Source of the DNA: Verrucomicrobiota bacterium
Lineage (GTDB): Bacteria > Verrucomicrobiota > Verrucomicrobiia > Limisphaerales > JAEYXS01
DNA: 64,000 bases
Assembly: GCA_030834415.1 (NCBI GenBank)
Contig: JAURFH010000001.1
Coordinates: forward strand, 2,951 to 66,950
Direction of reading: 5' to 3'
Shown: in pieces, positions 40,059 to 48,599 of the stretch
How positions within the stretch are numbered: position 1 is the stretch's first letter
Layout: the number at the start of each line of letters is the position of its first letter
Translations under genes and position numbers: made by a program
The notes under the pieces: model-generated
Told to the model about the DNA's origin: nothing
The model's input: only the letters and a program-made list of their open reading frames with translations
The model's database searches: none

Positions 40059-40616
40059 GTGATGGGGGGACCAGAGACAAGTTCGGAGGACCTTCCGATG
40101 CCCAAGTGGCCATCGGAAGATATTGGGGCGTTGTATAAGGAGCATTCGCGTCAGGTTTATTACCTGGCGTTGCGCCTGTTGGGTGACTCTGCCCAAGCAG
40201 AGGATGCGGCGCATGATGTGTTCCTGAAGGCGTTCAAGAAAATGGACCAGTTCCGTGGCGAGGCGAACGTCCGGACGTGGTTGTATCGCATCACCATCAA
40301 CCACTGCCAAAACCTCCTTCAGACCTGGCACCGCCGGAATATGGTGAGCAATGCGGACGATGCCGTTTGGGAAACCTCGGCCTCGCCGGAAGAGTCGCCC
40401 CTTCAAGTGCTGGAGTTCAAAGAACTGGGCGAACGTATCCAGGAGACGTTGGACAGGTTGCCGGAAGAGTATCGCCTCTTGCTCCTGCTGGTAGCCGATG
40501 AAAAGATGAGCTACGGTGAGATAGGTGAATTGACCGGCCAGTCAGCCGATGCCGTTCGTGGTAAATTACACCGCGCACGCAAGGCTTTCGCCGGAATCTT
40601 TCGTGACACAGAATAG
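40059..40616 (+). CDS. ECF-type sigma-70 family factor
   Basis: 185 aa; start uncertain (GTG 40059 or ATG 40062). Region 2 is AEDAAHDVFLKAF...RTWLYRITINHC. Region 4 is LLLLVADEKMSYGEIGELTGQSADAVRGKLHRARK. Confidence 0.88.
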   Translation: MMGGPETSSEDLPMPKWPSEDIGALYKEHSRQVYYLALRLLGDSAQAEDAAHDVFLKAFKKMDQFRGEANVRTWLYRITINHCQNLLQTWHRRNMVSNADDAVWETSASPEESPLQVLEFKELGERIQETLDRLPEEYRLLLLLVADEKMSYGEIGELTGQSADAVRGKLHRARKAFAGIFRDTE

Positions 40617-40624
40617 GAATCGAT

Positions 40625-40855
40625 ATGGACGCCAATAACAAACACCTGCGTCAGGATCAGCAACAGCATTCTCATGAATCGTTGCATCAGTCCGCATCAA
40701 CCATCGTGCAGTCGTATCATTCAGTCGAGGACATGCTCCGTAAAGATGCCGAACAAAACCCACCGCCCGAATCCCTCTCCCACCGTGTCGCTACGAGCGC
40801 TACCGATGAAGCCACCCAAAGCAAGCCCTGGTGGCGTAAGTTGATGGGTGATTGA
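40625..40855 (+). CDS. Small hydrophilic protein downstream of the ECF sigma; possible atypical anti-sigma, unproven
   Basis: 76 aa, starting 8 nt after the sigma-factor stop. It is Gln/His/Ser-rich, with no TM helix and no HxxxCxxC zinc motif. The coding call rests only on position and ORF integrity. Confidence 0.4.
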   Translation: MDANNKHLRQDQQQHSHESLHQSASTIVQSYHSVEDMLRKDAEQNPPPESLSHRVATSATDEATQSKPWWRKLMGD

Positions 40856-40967
40856 ATGGTCTTTTTTATTAAAAAGCAGTTTTACCAGCTTGCACACTGG
40901 ACAGGCATGCCCTTTACGGAGCAAAATCAATCCATAGATTCACCAACCAGACGGATGACTTTGTGCC

Positions 40968-42491
40968 ATGGCCAACACAATTTTGGAGGAACTCGATACG
41001 CTGGTTAGAGCCCGCTATCCCCTCGTCTATCTAGTCACCAGTGAGGAGGCGCGGGCACAGGATCTGATTTCGCAAGTCGCCAAGCAGCACAACAAGAAAT
41101 TGCTCGAATGGAGTTGCACCACTGGATTGGTCGCTCAATCCAATGGTTATAGCTCACCCAAGCCGCGTCATACCGCTACCCGTGATCCACTAGCTGCTTT
41201 AGACGCCATCGCAGACCATGTGGACCCTACCATTTTCGTTCTCAAAGATTTTCATCCATTCTTGAGCCGGGGCCAGTTCACGATCATCCGCCGTCTGCGT
41301 GAAGTGGCACAAAGCTTGAAGAACAGTCACAAGACGATATTTCTCCTCTCCCCAGTACAAGACATCCCGGTAGAATTGGAAAAAGAACTGACCGTGATCA
41401 ATATTGCCATGCCAGATCAGGGCGAACTTGGCCAGTTGCTGGACAACATCATCGACCAGATCCAAGAAGGAGGTCGCTGCACAGTGGAGTTGGAAGCCAA
41501 CTCCCGCGAACGCCTGCTACAAGCTGCACTCGGTTTGACCTTGGGAGAGGCTGAAAATGTGTTCGCCCGTATCCTTGTGCGTTCCCGTCGTCTCAATGCG
41601 GAAGGGGTCAACGATGTCCTTACCGAGAAACAGCAGATTATCCGCAAGAGCGGATTGTTGGAGTACTTTTCTCCAGACGAGAGCTTTGCGCATGTGGGCG
41701 GTCTGGGGGTGTTGAAGGATTGGCTTGGAAAACGAGCGCTCGCCATGACACCAGAAGCACGTGCTTTCGGCCTGCCACAGCCTCGCGGGGTCCTGATGCT
41801 GGGAGTGCAAGGCTGTGGCAAAAGCCTCTGCGCTAAAGCCGTGGCCAGCCACTGGCAACTCCCCCTGCTACGCTTCGATATCGGCCGTATGTTCGGCAGT
41901 CTGGTCGGATCTTCTGAGGAGAACATCCGTAAAGCGATCGCCGTGGCCGAATCCGTCGCACCCGCCATTTTGTGGGTGGATGAAATCGATAAAGCCTTCG
42001 CCGGCATCGCTGGTTCCGCCACGACGGATGGCGGCACAGGGTCACGCGTGCTCGGCACTTTCCTGACCTGGCTCTCGGAAAAGAAAGCTCCCGTGTTTGT
42101 CGTCGCCACGGCCAATGACATCTCCAACCTGCCTCCAGAACTGTTGCGCAAAGGCCGACTGGATGAGATTTTCTTTGTGGATTTGCCCACCAGTGAGGAA
42201 CGACGAGATATTTTCGCCATCCATTTGCAAAAGCGGAACCGGATAATTGAAGATTTCGATCTGAACGCACTCGCCGTGATCAGCCACCAGTTCAGCGGAG
42301 CTGAAATCGAGGAGGCCATCAATAGCGCGCTCTACGACGCATTTTACGCGCAGCGGCAACTTAATCATGCGGATGTGGAGCGAGCCATCCGCCAGACAGT
42401 CCCGCTCGCCACAACTATGGCAGAACAGATTGATTCACTGCGGGATTGGGCCCTAGGACGCGCCCGAAATGCCAGTGGAAGAATCAATTAA
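40968..42491 (+). CDS. AAA+ ATPase, single classic-clade AAA module with about 230-aa N-terminal domain (Ycf46-like by my recollection)
   Basis: 507 aa. N-terminus LVRARYPLVYLVTSEEARA. Walker A is GVQGCGKS and Walker B is ILWVDEIDK. Second region of homology is ATANDISNLPPELLRKGRLDEIFFVDLP. Confidence 0.85.
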   Translation: MANTILEELDTLVRARYPLVYLVTSEEARAQDLISQVAKQHNKKLLEWSCTTGLVAQSNGYSSPKPRHTATRDPLAALDAIADHVDPTIFVLKDFHPFLSRGQFTIIRRLREVAQSLKNSHKTIFLLSPVQDIPVELEKELTVINIAMPDQGELGQLLDNIIDQIQEGGRCTVELEANSRERLLQAALGLTLGEAENVFARILVRSRRLNAEGVNDVLTEKQQIIRKSGLLEYFSPDESFAHVGGLGVLKDWLGKRALAMTPEARAFGLPQPRGVLMLGVQGCGKSLCAKAVASHWQLPLLRFDIGRMFGSLVGSSEENIRKAIAVAESVAPAILWVDEIDKAFAGIAGSATTDGGTGSRVLGTFLTWLSEKKAPVFVVATANDISNLPPELLRKGRLDEIFFVDLPTSEERRDIFAIHLQKRNRIIEDFDLNALAVISHQFSGAEIEEAINSALYDAFYAQRQLNHADVERAIRQTVPLATTMAEQIDSLRDWALGRARNASGRIN

Positions 42492-42639
42492 AGTCTGGTT
42501 AGTGATAGTCCGTCCTACCGGCTTCCCCCATTACCAGGCGATAAAGCAAGTCTCCAGAAGTAAGACGAAAGCATCGAAAAACACCTCAGTAAATTAATAT
42601 AAGAAAATTTTTCAAAACTCGCGTGACGATTTTAAGGCA

Positions 42640-42835
42640 GCCCGGTCAAACACTTCCGTAGCCGCACAATGATTCGCCAGGGAAAGCGCGACGGAGTAGT
42701 TCCGACTGCGCAATAGCGGCTGGAAAAGGTGGGGAACCTAGGGGACGTCGCAGTCGGAAGGGGTGCCTGAGACGTTTCTGGCGGCGAAGGTTGGGGACCT
42801 TCGCCGCTGTCCCCCCATTTAACTGGCCTAAAGAC
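42640..42835 (+). ncRNA. Candidate structured RNA or long 5' leader of the TPR-pilT operon (unclassified)
   Basis: A GC-rich block lies inside a 404-nt co-directional intergenic gap. It has a 10-bp perfect stem (42701-42710 with 42749-42758) and an 11-bp perfect stem (42781-42791 with 42797-42807, loop TGGGG). A downstream C6 run (42811-42816) is complementary to that loop. The motif GGT(N)GGGGA(A)CCT occurs twice. I recognise no Rfam family by eye, and strand and boundaries are guesses. Confidence 0.3.
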
Positions 42836-42895
42836 CAGTGTTGCTATATCTTTTAGGGCAAGTTTCCTCATATTTACGGACTAACTTTCTAAGTT

Positions 42896-43675
42896 GTGGG
42901 AAGATTTGAACATCTGGAGTTTGAAGGGCAGCACCGCACCGCCCAAAAAAATCGAGCCGCGTCAACAATTTCTGACGAGCAACGCCATTCGCTCAGGGCT
43001 TGGGAGAGTTTAGGTAAGGGACAGTTCGAACAAGCATTACGCGAATTTTCCAAGATACTAGAATATAATCCCCTAAGTTCAGAGGCATGGTTGGGACAAG
43101 TTCGCATGCTCATCGAGCTTGGCGAATATAAGGAAGCCAACCTTTGGGCAGATAAGGGCTTGGAAAAGCTGCCCCACTGTGCCGATCTGCTCGCTGCCAA
43201 AGCTGTCGCCTTAGCCCGCATGGGTGACACTCACGCCGCCATCACCTACTCAGACAATGCCATGGCGGAAGAAGGCGAGACTCCATATGTCTGGCTTTCC
43301 CGCGGGGATGTCTTCCTGCAAGCCAAAGAGCCCCGCTTCACAGATTGTTTCGAGCGTGCTTTCCAACTCAGCACCGGCGACTGGCTCATCCCTTGGTTGG
43401 CTTCTCGTGTCTGTGCTTATTATGAAAAATTCGCCCTCGCCTTAAAACACGCACAGCAAGCCGTGGAGTTAGATGCAGCCCGGGCAATCGCTTGGGCCCA
43501 ATTAGGAACCTGCCAACTGGCCCTTAAACTCCCCCATCTGGCTGAAAAATCATTTTCTCAAGCACGTGAACTCGACTCACAATGTCCGGCCGTATATGAA
43601 GGCATTAAGCAGATGGCACAGATGGGTCTCTGGCAACGTCTCCGTCTTAATTTGCGCCGCCTATTTTCCGAATGA
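42896..43675 (+). CDS. TPR-repeat protein
   Basis: 259 aa with a GTG start, so start confidence is low. It has several 34-aa TPR-like units (for example FEQALREFSKILEYNPLSSEAWLGQVRMLIELGEYKEA and ALALKHAQQAVELDAARAIAWAQLGTCQLALKLPHLAE). Its stop overlaps the pilT start as ATGA. Confidence 0.7.
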   Translation: MGRFEHLEFEGQHRTAQKNRAASTISDEQRHSLRAWESLGKGQFEQALREFSKILEYNPLSSEAWLGQVRMLIELGEYKEANLWADKGLEKLPHCADLLAAKAVALARMGDTHAAITYSDNAMAEEGETPYVWLSRGDVFLQAKEPRFTDCFERAFQLSTGDWLIPWLASRVCAYYEKFALALKHAQQAVELDAARAIAWAQLGTCQLALKLPHLAEKSFSQARELDSQCPAVYEGIKQMAQMGLWQRLRLNLRRLFSE

Positions 43676-44733
43676 GTAAATCGAAGTTTGATTGGTTGCT
43701 GGCCAAGGCCGTCGAGTTGCAGGCTTCCGACCTGCATCTTATCGCAGGCGTCTCTCCTGCGTTCCGTATCAATGGCGAGATCGTCATCACGAGCACGGAT
43801 GTTCTCAGTGGAACCGGACTCGCAGAGATCACCGGCGACCTTCTGACACCGGCTCAAGCTGCCCGCTTTGATGAAGAATGGGAGCTTTGCATTTCACGTT
43901 TGCACGAGCACGCCGGACGCATTCGCATCACCCTTTACAAGCGCAACGGCATTCCGGAACTCAGTGTCCGCTTCTGTGGAGATCGCATTCCGGGACGCGA
44001 AGAGCTAGGTCTGCCGGAAAAGATTGATGACTTCGCCCGGCGCCCTCATGGGTTGATCTTGATCACCGGGCCGACCGGTGCCGGCAAGACCACTACGCTT
44101 AATTACCTCGTCAACCTTATCAACAGCGAGCGGCGGTGCAAAATCATCACCATCGAAGATCCGATCGAGTTCGTGCATGAGAACCAGCGAGCTATCGTGG
44201 TCCAGCAGGAGGTGCAAACTGATACCCGCTCATACAGCCGCGCATTGATCCATGCCCTGCGACAAGACCCTGATGTGATCGTGGTCGGGGAGATGCGAGA
44301 TCATGAAGCGATCAGCACCGCGCTGACTGCCGCTGAAACCGGTCACCTGGTTCTCGCCACGATGCATTCACCGGACGTGGCCCATGCCATGGAACGTGTC
44401 ATCGGCTTGTATGAAGGCAGCAACCAGCGGCAGGTCATCATGCAGTTGTCCAACTCCTTGCAAGGCATCATCGCCCAAGAACTGATCCCTTCCGCCGACC
44501 GTGCCAAACGCGTACTCGCCTACGAGATGCTGGTGGCTACTGGAGCCGTGCGCAATCTGATCCGCGAAAACCATCTGCACATGCTAGACAATGTCATCCA
44601 GACCGGCGCCCGCGATGGGATGGTGCTCATGGATACCTGCCTGCATCAACTCTACTGCAAGTGTCTAATCTCTTATGATACCGCCGTGAGCCATGCCCGC
44701 CATCCGGAGCGGCTCACTGAGCGTTTCACCTGA
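43672..44733 (+). CDS. pilT: Type IV pilus retraction ATPase PilT
   Basis: 353 aa, colinear with PilT. ASDLHL, Walker A GPTGAGKTTT, TIEDPIEF, Walker B DVIVVGEMRD, His box ETGHLVLATMH, and the PilT signature GAVRNLIRE. Confidence 0.9.
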   Translation: MSKSKFDWLLAKAVELQASDLHLIAGVSPAFRINGEIVITSTDVLSGTGLAEITGDLLTPAQAARFDEEWELCISRLHEHAGRIRITLYKRNGIPELSVRFCGDRIPGREELGLPEKIDDFARRPHGLILITGPTGAGKTTTLNYLVNLINSERRCKIITIEDPIEFVHENQRAIVVQQEVQTDTRSYSRALIHALRQDPDVIVVGEMRDHEAISTALTAAETGHLVLATMHSPDVAHAMERVIGLYEGSNQRQVIMQLSNSLQGIIAQELIPSADRAKRVLAYEMLVATGAVRNLIRENHLHMLDNVIQTGARDGMVLMDTCLHQLYCKCLISYDTAVSHARHPERLTERFT

Positions 44734-44743
44734 GACAATAAAA

Positions 44744-44767
44744 AAGCCGGACCCTCAGGTCCGGCTT
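44744..44767. terminator. Bidirectional hairpin terminator between pilT and the convergent lipoprotein gene
   Basis: AAGCCGGACC (44744-44753) pairs with GGTCCGGCTT (44758-44767), with loop CTCA. The A5 run on the plus-strand 5' side gives a U-run for the minus-strand transcript. The plus-strand side lacks a U-run. Confidence 0.65.
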
Positions 44768-44788
44768 GGGAATCTATTAAAAATTTGG

Positions 44789-45169
44789 TTATTTCAGGCG
44801 CAAGGCGATTTGCTTGTCTAGTTCCGCCGCCAGATCGATATCAGAGACTCCGGCCTTGGTGCGAACTTGCACGATCACTTGGGTGACATTCGGGTCCACT
44901 TCCGCGACCTTCACGAACACTGTGCGTTGGTTGACTTTGCCTTCAACCGTCTTATTGATGGTGTCTTCGCGATTCAGCGTACCATTAGCCGCGATCACTT
45001 CCTTGGCCGCCGCAAAGATTTGGGCAACCGGACGTTCGTAGCTGCTGACAATCCTGTCTTTGATGAAAGGCACGCCAGCCTTCATGTGGCCGTCCACGGT
45101 CTTGACACAGCCAGTGAAGAAAACCGTCATCGCAGCCGCCGTAAGCAAAATTATCCAGTTCTTTTTCAT
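44789..45169 (-). CDS. Lipoprotein (DUF3568-like)
   Basis: The track ORF extends to 45184. I prefer MKKNWIILLTAAAMTVFFTGC, a signal peptide with lipobox, starting at 45169. About 126 aa. The family call is from memory of DUF3568-type small lipoproteins. Confidence 0.65.
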   Translation of the reverse strand: MKKNWIILLTAAAMTVFFTGCVKTVDGHMKAGVPFIKDRIVSSYERPVAQIFAAAKEVIAANGTLNREDTINKTVEGKVNQRTVFVKVAEVDPNVTQVIVQVRTKAGVSDIDLAAELDKQIALRLK

Positions 45170-45292
45170 GCTTTCGTAATGCAAGACGGAAGCCCCCTCA
45201 GCGTCAAGCCTTTATGAGCGCTAAATAATCGATTCCAAGATCCCTTAAGGAGCATCGACACCCTCCCCTGAGTTTGGCTACGGTGCCACCAC

Positions 45293-46504
45293 GTGAGCAA
45301 TCCGAGCACGAGCAAATTAAAATTACGCCTGACTCCCGCAGCTGAAAAAGCGGCTCGTTCAGGCCATCCTTGGGTCTATGCGGAACGTATCAAAGAGCAG
45401 AACCGGTCAGGAGAACTGGGGGAATTGGCCGTCGTCTATGATAAAAATAATAAGTTCTTGGGTCTGGGCTTGTTCGATCCAGATTCCCCCATCCGCCTCC
45501 GGATGCTCCATGCCGGCTCACCCCAGACGGTCAATGAGGAATGGTGGCAGGCTCGATTACAGGCCGCCCTCACCCGCCGCGTTGGACTGGGCGGATCTGA
45601 AACCACGGGTCTCCGGCTCATCTCCGGGGAAAATGACGGCTGGCCAGGCATGGTCGTCGATCGCTTCGATCGCACCTTGGTCCTCAAGCTTTACAGCGGA
45701 GTTTGGCTGCCGCGATTCGATGAGGTCGTCAATCGCCTGCAAGCAGCCACTCCGCCCGAGCGCATCGTGCTACGCCTCAGCCGGAACATACAAGCGTTGG
45801 CACGGGAACAATGCAATCTGCAAGACGGGCAGATTGTCTTCGGTGAACCGCTTTCCGGCAAAGTCGTCTTTCTAGAGAACGGGCTTCGCTTTGAATCTGA
45901 TGTCTTACGTGGCCAAAAAACCGGTTTCTTTCTAGATCAGCGCGAAAACCGTCAGCGGGTGGGCCAACTGGCGGCAGGCAAAACTGTGTTGAACGCATTC
46001 AGTTTCTCGGGCGGCTTTTCTCTTTATGCCGCTCGCGGCGGAGCCACGAGTGTGACTGATCTGGATATCAGTGCCCATGCGCTGGATGCCGCGAATAGAA
46101 ACTTCGCATTAAATGAGAGCGTGCCAGCAGTTGCCCAATGCCAGCATCATCGTGTCCAAGCAGATGCTTTCCAATGGCTGTCATCAACCAGAGACCACTT
46201 TGATCTCGTCATTCTGGATCCCCCATCACTCGCTAAAAGGGAATCCGAGCGACAAGGCGCGATAACGGCCTATGAGAGTTTGGCCGCTTCCGGCATCCGG
46301 TTATTGGATAAGAACGGAATCCTCGTAGCAGCGTCCTGCTCCGCCCATGTCACTCCACAAGAATTCTTCGGAGCCGTGCTGAGGGCTGCACAAATGAGCC
46401 GTCGCCCTTTCACCGAGATGGACCGCACCGGCCATGCCCCAGACCATCCGGTCACCTTTCCGGAAGCGATGTATCTGAAGTGTATCTATCTGCGGTTCAC
46501 CTGA
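45293..46504 (+). CDS. Class I SAM-dependent rRNA methyltransferase, RlmI/RlmK-like (PUA plus MTase)
   Basis: 403 aa with a GTG start. N-terminal PUA-like segment (GHPWVY), [12 protein letters not shown], the SAM-binding region [12 protein letters not shown], and DLVILDPPS. Confidence 0.85.
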   Translation: MSNPSTSKLKLRLTPAAEKAARSGHPWVYAERIKEQNRSGELGELAVVYDKNNKFLGLGLFDPDSPIRLRMLHAGSPQTVNEEWWQARLQAALTRRVGLGGSETTGLRLISGENDGWPGMVVDRFDRTLVLKLYSGVWLPRFDEVVNRLQAATPPERIVLRLSRNIQALAREQCNLQDGQIVFGEPLSGKVVFLENGLRFESDVLRGQKTGFFLDQRENRQRVGQLAAGKTVLNAFSFSGGFSLYAARGGATSVTDLDISAHALDAANRNFALNESVPAVAQCQHHRVQADAFQWLSSTRDHFDLVILDPPSLAKRESERQGAITAYESLAASGIRLLDKNGILVAASCSAHVTPQEFFGAVLRAAQMSRRPFTEMDRTGHAPDHPVTFPEAMYLKCIYLRFT

Positions 46505-46512
46505 AACCCCAG

Positions 46513-46866
46513 TCAGAACAGTTTCGCCCATTCCTCAGGCTTAAAGCCGACCGCCCCGCCTTTATCAGTCAAAGCAAAAGGCCGTTTAACCAGATTTCCG
46601 GTCTGATTCAGTAGAGTCAGGGCTTCATCCGCTGACATACTTGGCAACTTGTCCTTCATGTTCAGTGCCTTGTAGTCCATGCCAGACGTATTGAAGATGC
46701 GGCGTATCTCACCGTCGTAAATCGCCAACATCCGCTTCAATTCCGCTTTGGTTGGCGGTTGTTCACGGATGGGTATCTCTTGGAAATCAACCCCCTGCTC
46801 TGCCAAATACTTGAGTGCTTTGCGGCAGGTGTCACAACCGCGATAGACATAGACCTTCGGTTTCAT
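46513..46866 (-). CDS. ArsC/Spx/YffB family thioredoxin-fold protein
   Basis: The family-like sequence starts at the internal Met, MKPKVYVYRGCDTCRKALKYL, at 46866 and gives 117 aa. The 97-aa upstream extension in the track ORF overlaps the coaX promoter and start region and has no family signal. Confidence 0.8.
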   Translation of the reverse strand: MKPKVYVYRGCDTCRKALKYLAEQGVDFQEIPIREQPPTKAELKRMLAIYDGEIRRIFNTSGMDYKALNMKDKLPSMSADEALTLLNQTGNLVKRPFALTDKGGAVGFKPEEWAKLF

Positions 46867-46959
46867 GGCAAGGAAAGTAAACGTAAGTCCTCCGGCCGCC
46901 AAGCCCCGCGCATCTTTCCCTCTTTCCAGCTTCAGGTAACTTCGCCATGCTGAAACGAC

Positions 46960-47718
46960 ATGCTGCTTTTGTTCGACATCGGCAACACACATACACACGT
47001 GGGTTTGGCGTCCTCTTCCAAGGTCATCCGCCAGACAAATATCCCCACCGCGGAATGGTCTAACCGCACTGCTCAGGCAAAGCTGAAAGCTTTTGTCGGC
47101 AGCAAAAAGATAAATGGCGTATCCGTCGGCAGCGTGGTCCCCAAAGCTACGCCGCATATCCTCAAAGCGGCTTCAAGCTATGGAAACGTTCCAACGGTAA
47201 TACTCACGCACAAAAGCGCAAAAGGGGTCGGCATCAAATATCCGCAACCAGCCAGTATCGGGGCCGACCGCCTCGCCAACGCCATCGCGGCGAGCCACTA
47301 CTATCCTTCACCCGTCGTCGTGGTGGCGTTCGGGACAGCGGTCGCTTTTGACATCATTGACCGGGATAAGAATTACATCGGCGGCATCATTGCACCCGGC
47401 CTATCCGCCATGACGGATTACCTGCATGAGAAAACCGCCCTGCTCCCGCGCATCAATATACGCGATGTGAAAAGCGTAGTCGGCAAAAGCACTGAACAAG
47501 CCATGCTCATCGGAGCCGTGCACGGATACCGTGGCCTGATACGTGAATTGATCCACGAACTGAAATTGGAATTGAAAGCGCGCAAACTACCGGTCATCGC
47601 CACCGGCGGGTACGCCGCCCTCATGGCCAAGGGCATGAAAGAAATCACCGAGGTGAGGCCTTCTCTCACGCTCGAGGGATTACGCCTGAACTGGCTGGGC
47701 AACCAGAAACAGCCTTAA
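46960..47718 (+). CDS. coaX: Type III pantothenate kinase
   Basis: 252 aa with MLLLFDIGNTHTH, GADRLAN, DFGTA-like VAFGTAVAFD and GGIIAPG. Confidence 0.93.
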   Translation: MLLLFDIGNTHTHVGLASSSKVIRQTNIPTAEWSNRTAQAKLKAFVGSKKINGVSVGSVVPKATPHILKAASSYGNVPTVILTHKSAKGVGIKYPQPASIGADRLANAIAASHYYPSPVVVVAFGTAVAFDIIDRDKNYIGGIIAPGLSAMTDYLHEKTALLPRINIRDVKSVVGKSTEQAMLIGAVHGYRGLIRELIHELKLELKARKLPVIATGGYAALMAKGMKEITEVRPSLTLEGLRLNWLGNQKQP

Positions 47719-47795
47719 TTCTGATCCATCAGACTGGAGCAACCCGTCACAAGTCCGGCTTGAAACTTCCCGTGCGACTCGGGACACTCACCGCA

Positions 47796-48590
47796 ATGAA
47801 TCGGATTGAAGCACGCTTCGCCCATTTGCGGGAGAGCGGTAAAAAAGGTTTTGTCGCGTATATCGGCTCCGGTGATCCAGATTTGGAAGCCACCCGCCAA
47901 CTGGCTATCGCTTTTGACCAAGCTGGTGTGGATGTCTTGGAACTTGGGGTGCCTTTCAGCGATCCATTGGCAGACGGCATCGTGAATCAGATGGCGGCAC
48001 AGCGCGGACTCGAATCCGGCACCACTCCGGACAAATTGTTGGCTACCATCTCGGCCATCCGCAAGGAATCGCAGATTCCCATCGTTCTCTATGTTTACTA
48101 TAATCTCCTGCACAAGCGTGGGCTAAAACAATTCATCGATGATTGCGCGCAAGCCGGGGTGGATGGTCTCCTCGTTTTGGACTTGCCGCCTGAGGAGTCA
48201 GACAATTACGAGCAACTCATGACTGCAGCCGGGTTGAACAATATCTATCTCATCGCCCCTACCACTCCTGAAAGCCGAATGGAGATCATCGCCAAGCGGG
48301 CGAAGGGGTTCATCTATTATATCTCGCGTGAAGGTGTCACTGGTATGCAGGAAACCGTGGCCGATAACATCGCCAGCATGACGGCGAAGATCCGCCAACA
48401 TACTACGCTGCCCATCGCGGTCGGCTTCGGTATCTCTACCCCGGAGCAAGCACGGCTTGTAGCAAGCAATGCGGAAGCCATTGTCGTCGGCAGTGCCATC
48501 GTGAACCAAATTGCCCAAAACGGAAAAGACGCCAACCTAGCCCCCAAAGTCGCAGCTTTCGTGAAGACTTTGGTGGATGCTATCAAATAA
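47796..48590 (+). CDS. trpA: Tryptophan synthase alpha chain
   Basis: The track starts at TTG 47760. I prefer ATG 47796 (MNRIEARFAHL). Motifs: LELGVPFSDPLADG, YYNLL, GVDGLLVLDLPPEE, GFIYYISREGVTG and VGFGIS. No trpB lies adjacent. Confidence 0.93.
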   Translation: MNRIEARFAHLRESGKKGFVAYIGSGDPDLEATRQLAIAFDQAGVDVLELGVPFSDPLADGIVNQMAAQRGLESGTTPDKLLATISAIRKESQIPIVLYVYYNLLHKRGLKQFIDDCAQAGVDGLLVLDLPPEESDNYEQLMTAAGLNNIYLIAPTTPESRMEIIAKRAKGFIYYISREGVTGMQETVADNIASMTAKIRQHTTLPIAVGFGISTPEQARLVASNAEAIVVGSAIVNQIAQNGKDANLAPKVAAFVKTLVDAIK

Positions 48591-48599
48591 CTAATTTCC

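Noticed and set aside
41417-42322. 301-aa ORF antisense to the AAA+ ATPase
   Set aside because: Its composition is Ser/Arg/Pro-rich and low-complexity. It is fully nested in a gene with clear Walker A, Walker B and SRH motifs. There is no independent start context.
42760-42772. GGGGTGCCTGAGA resembles the GGGGUGC...CUGAGA core of the TPP riboswitch
   Set aside because: The P3 stem between GUGC and CUGAGA is missing. The pyrophosphate-sensing half (ACCC..GAACCUGAUC..GGGA) is absent in the right order. The downstream genes are unrelated to thiamine.
42632-42871. 79-aa minus-strand ORF inside the structured intergenic element
   Set aside because: It is Pro/Ser/Arg-rich and is read straight through both perfect hairpins. 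It has no SD-like or family signal. The RNA or structure interpretation explains the sequence better.
46867-47157. 97-aa N-terminal extension of the ArsC/Spx-like ORF in the track
   Set aside because: Family-like sequence begins at the internal MKPKVYVYRGCDTC. The extension overlaps the coaX start region on the other strand and has no homology-like features.
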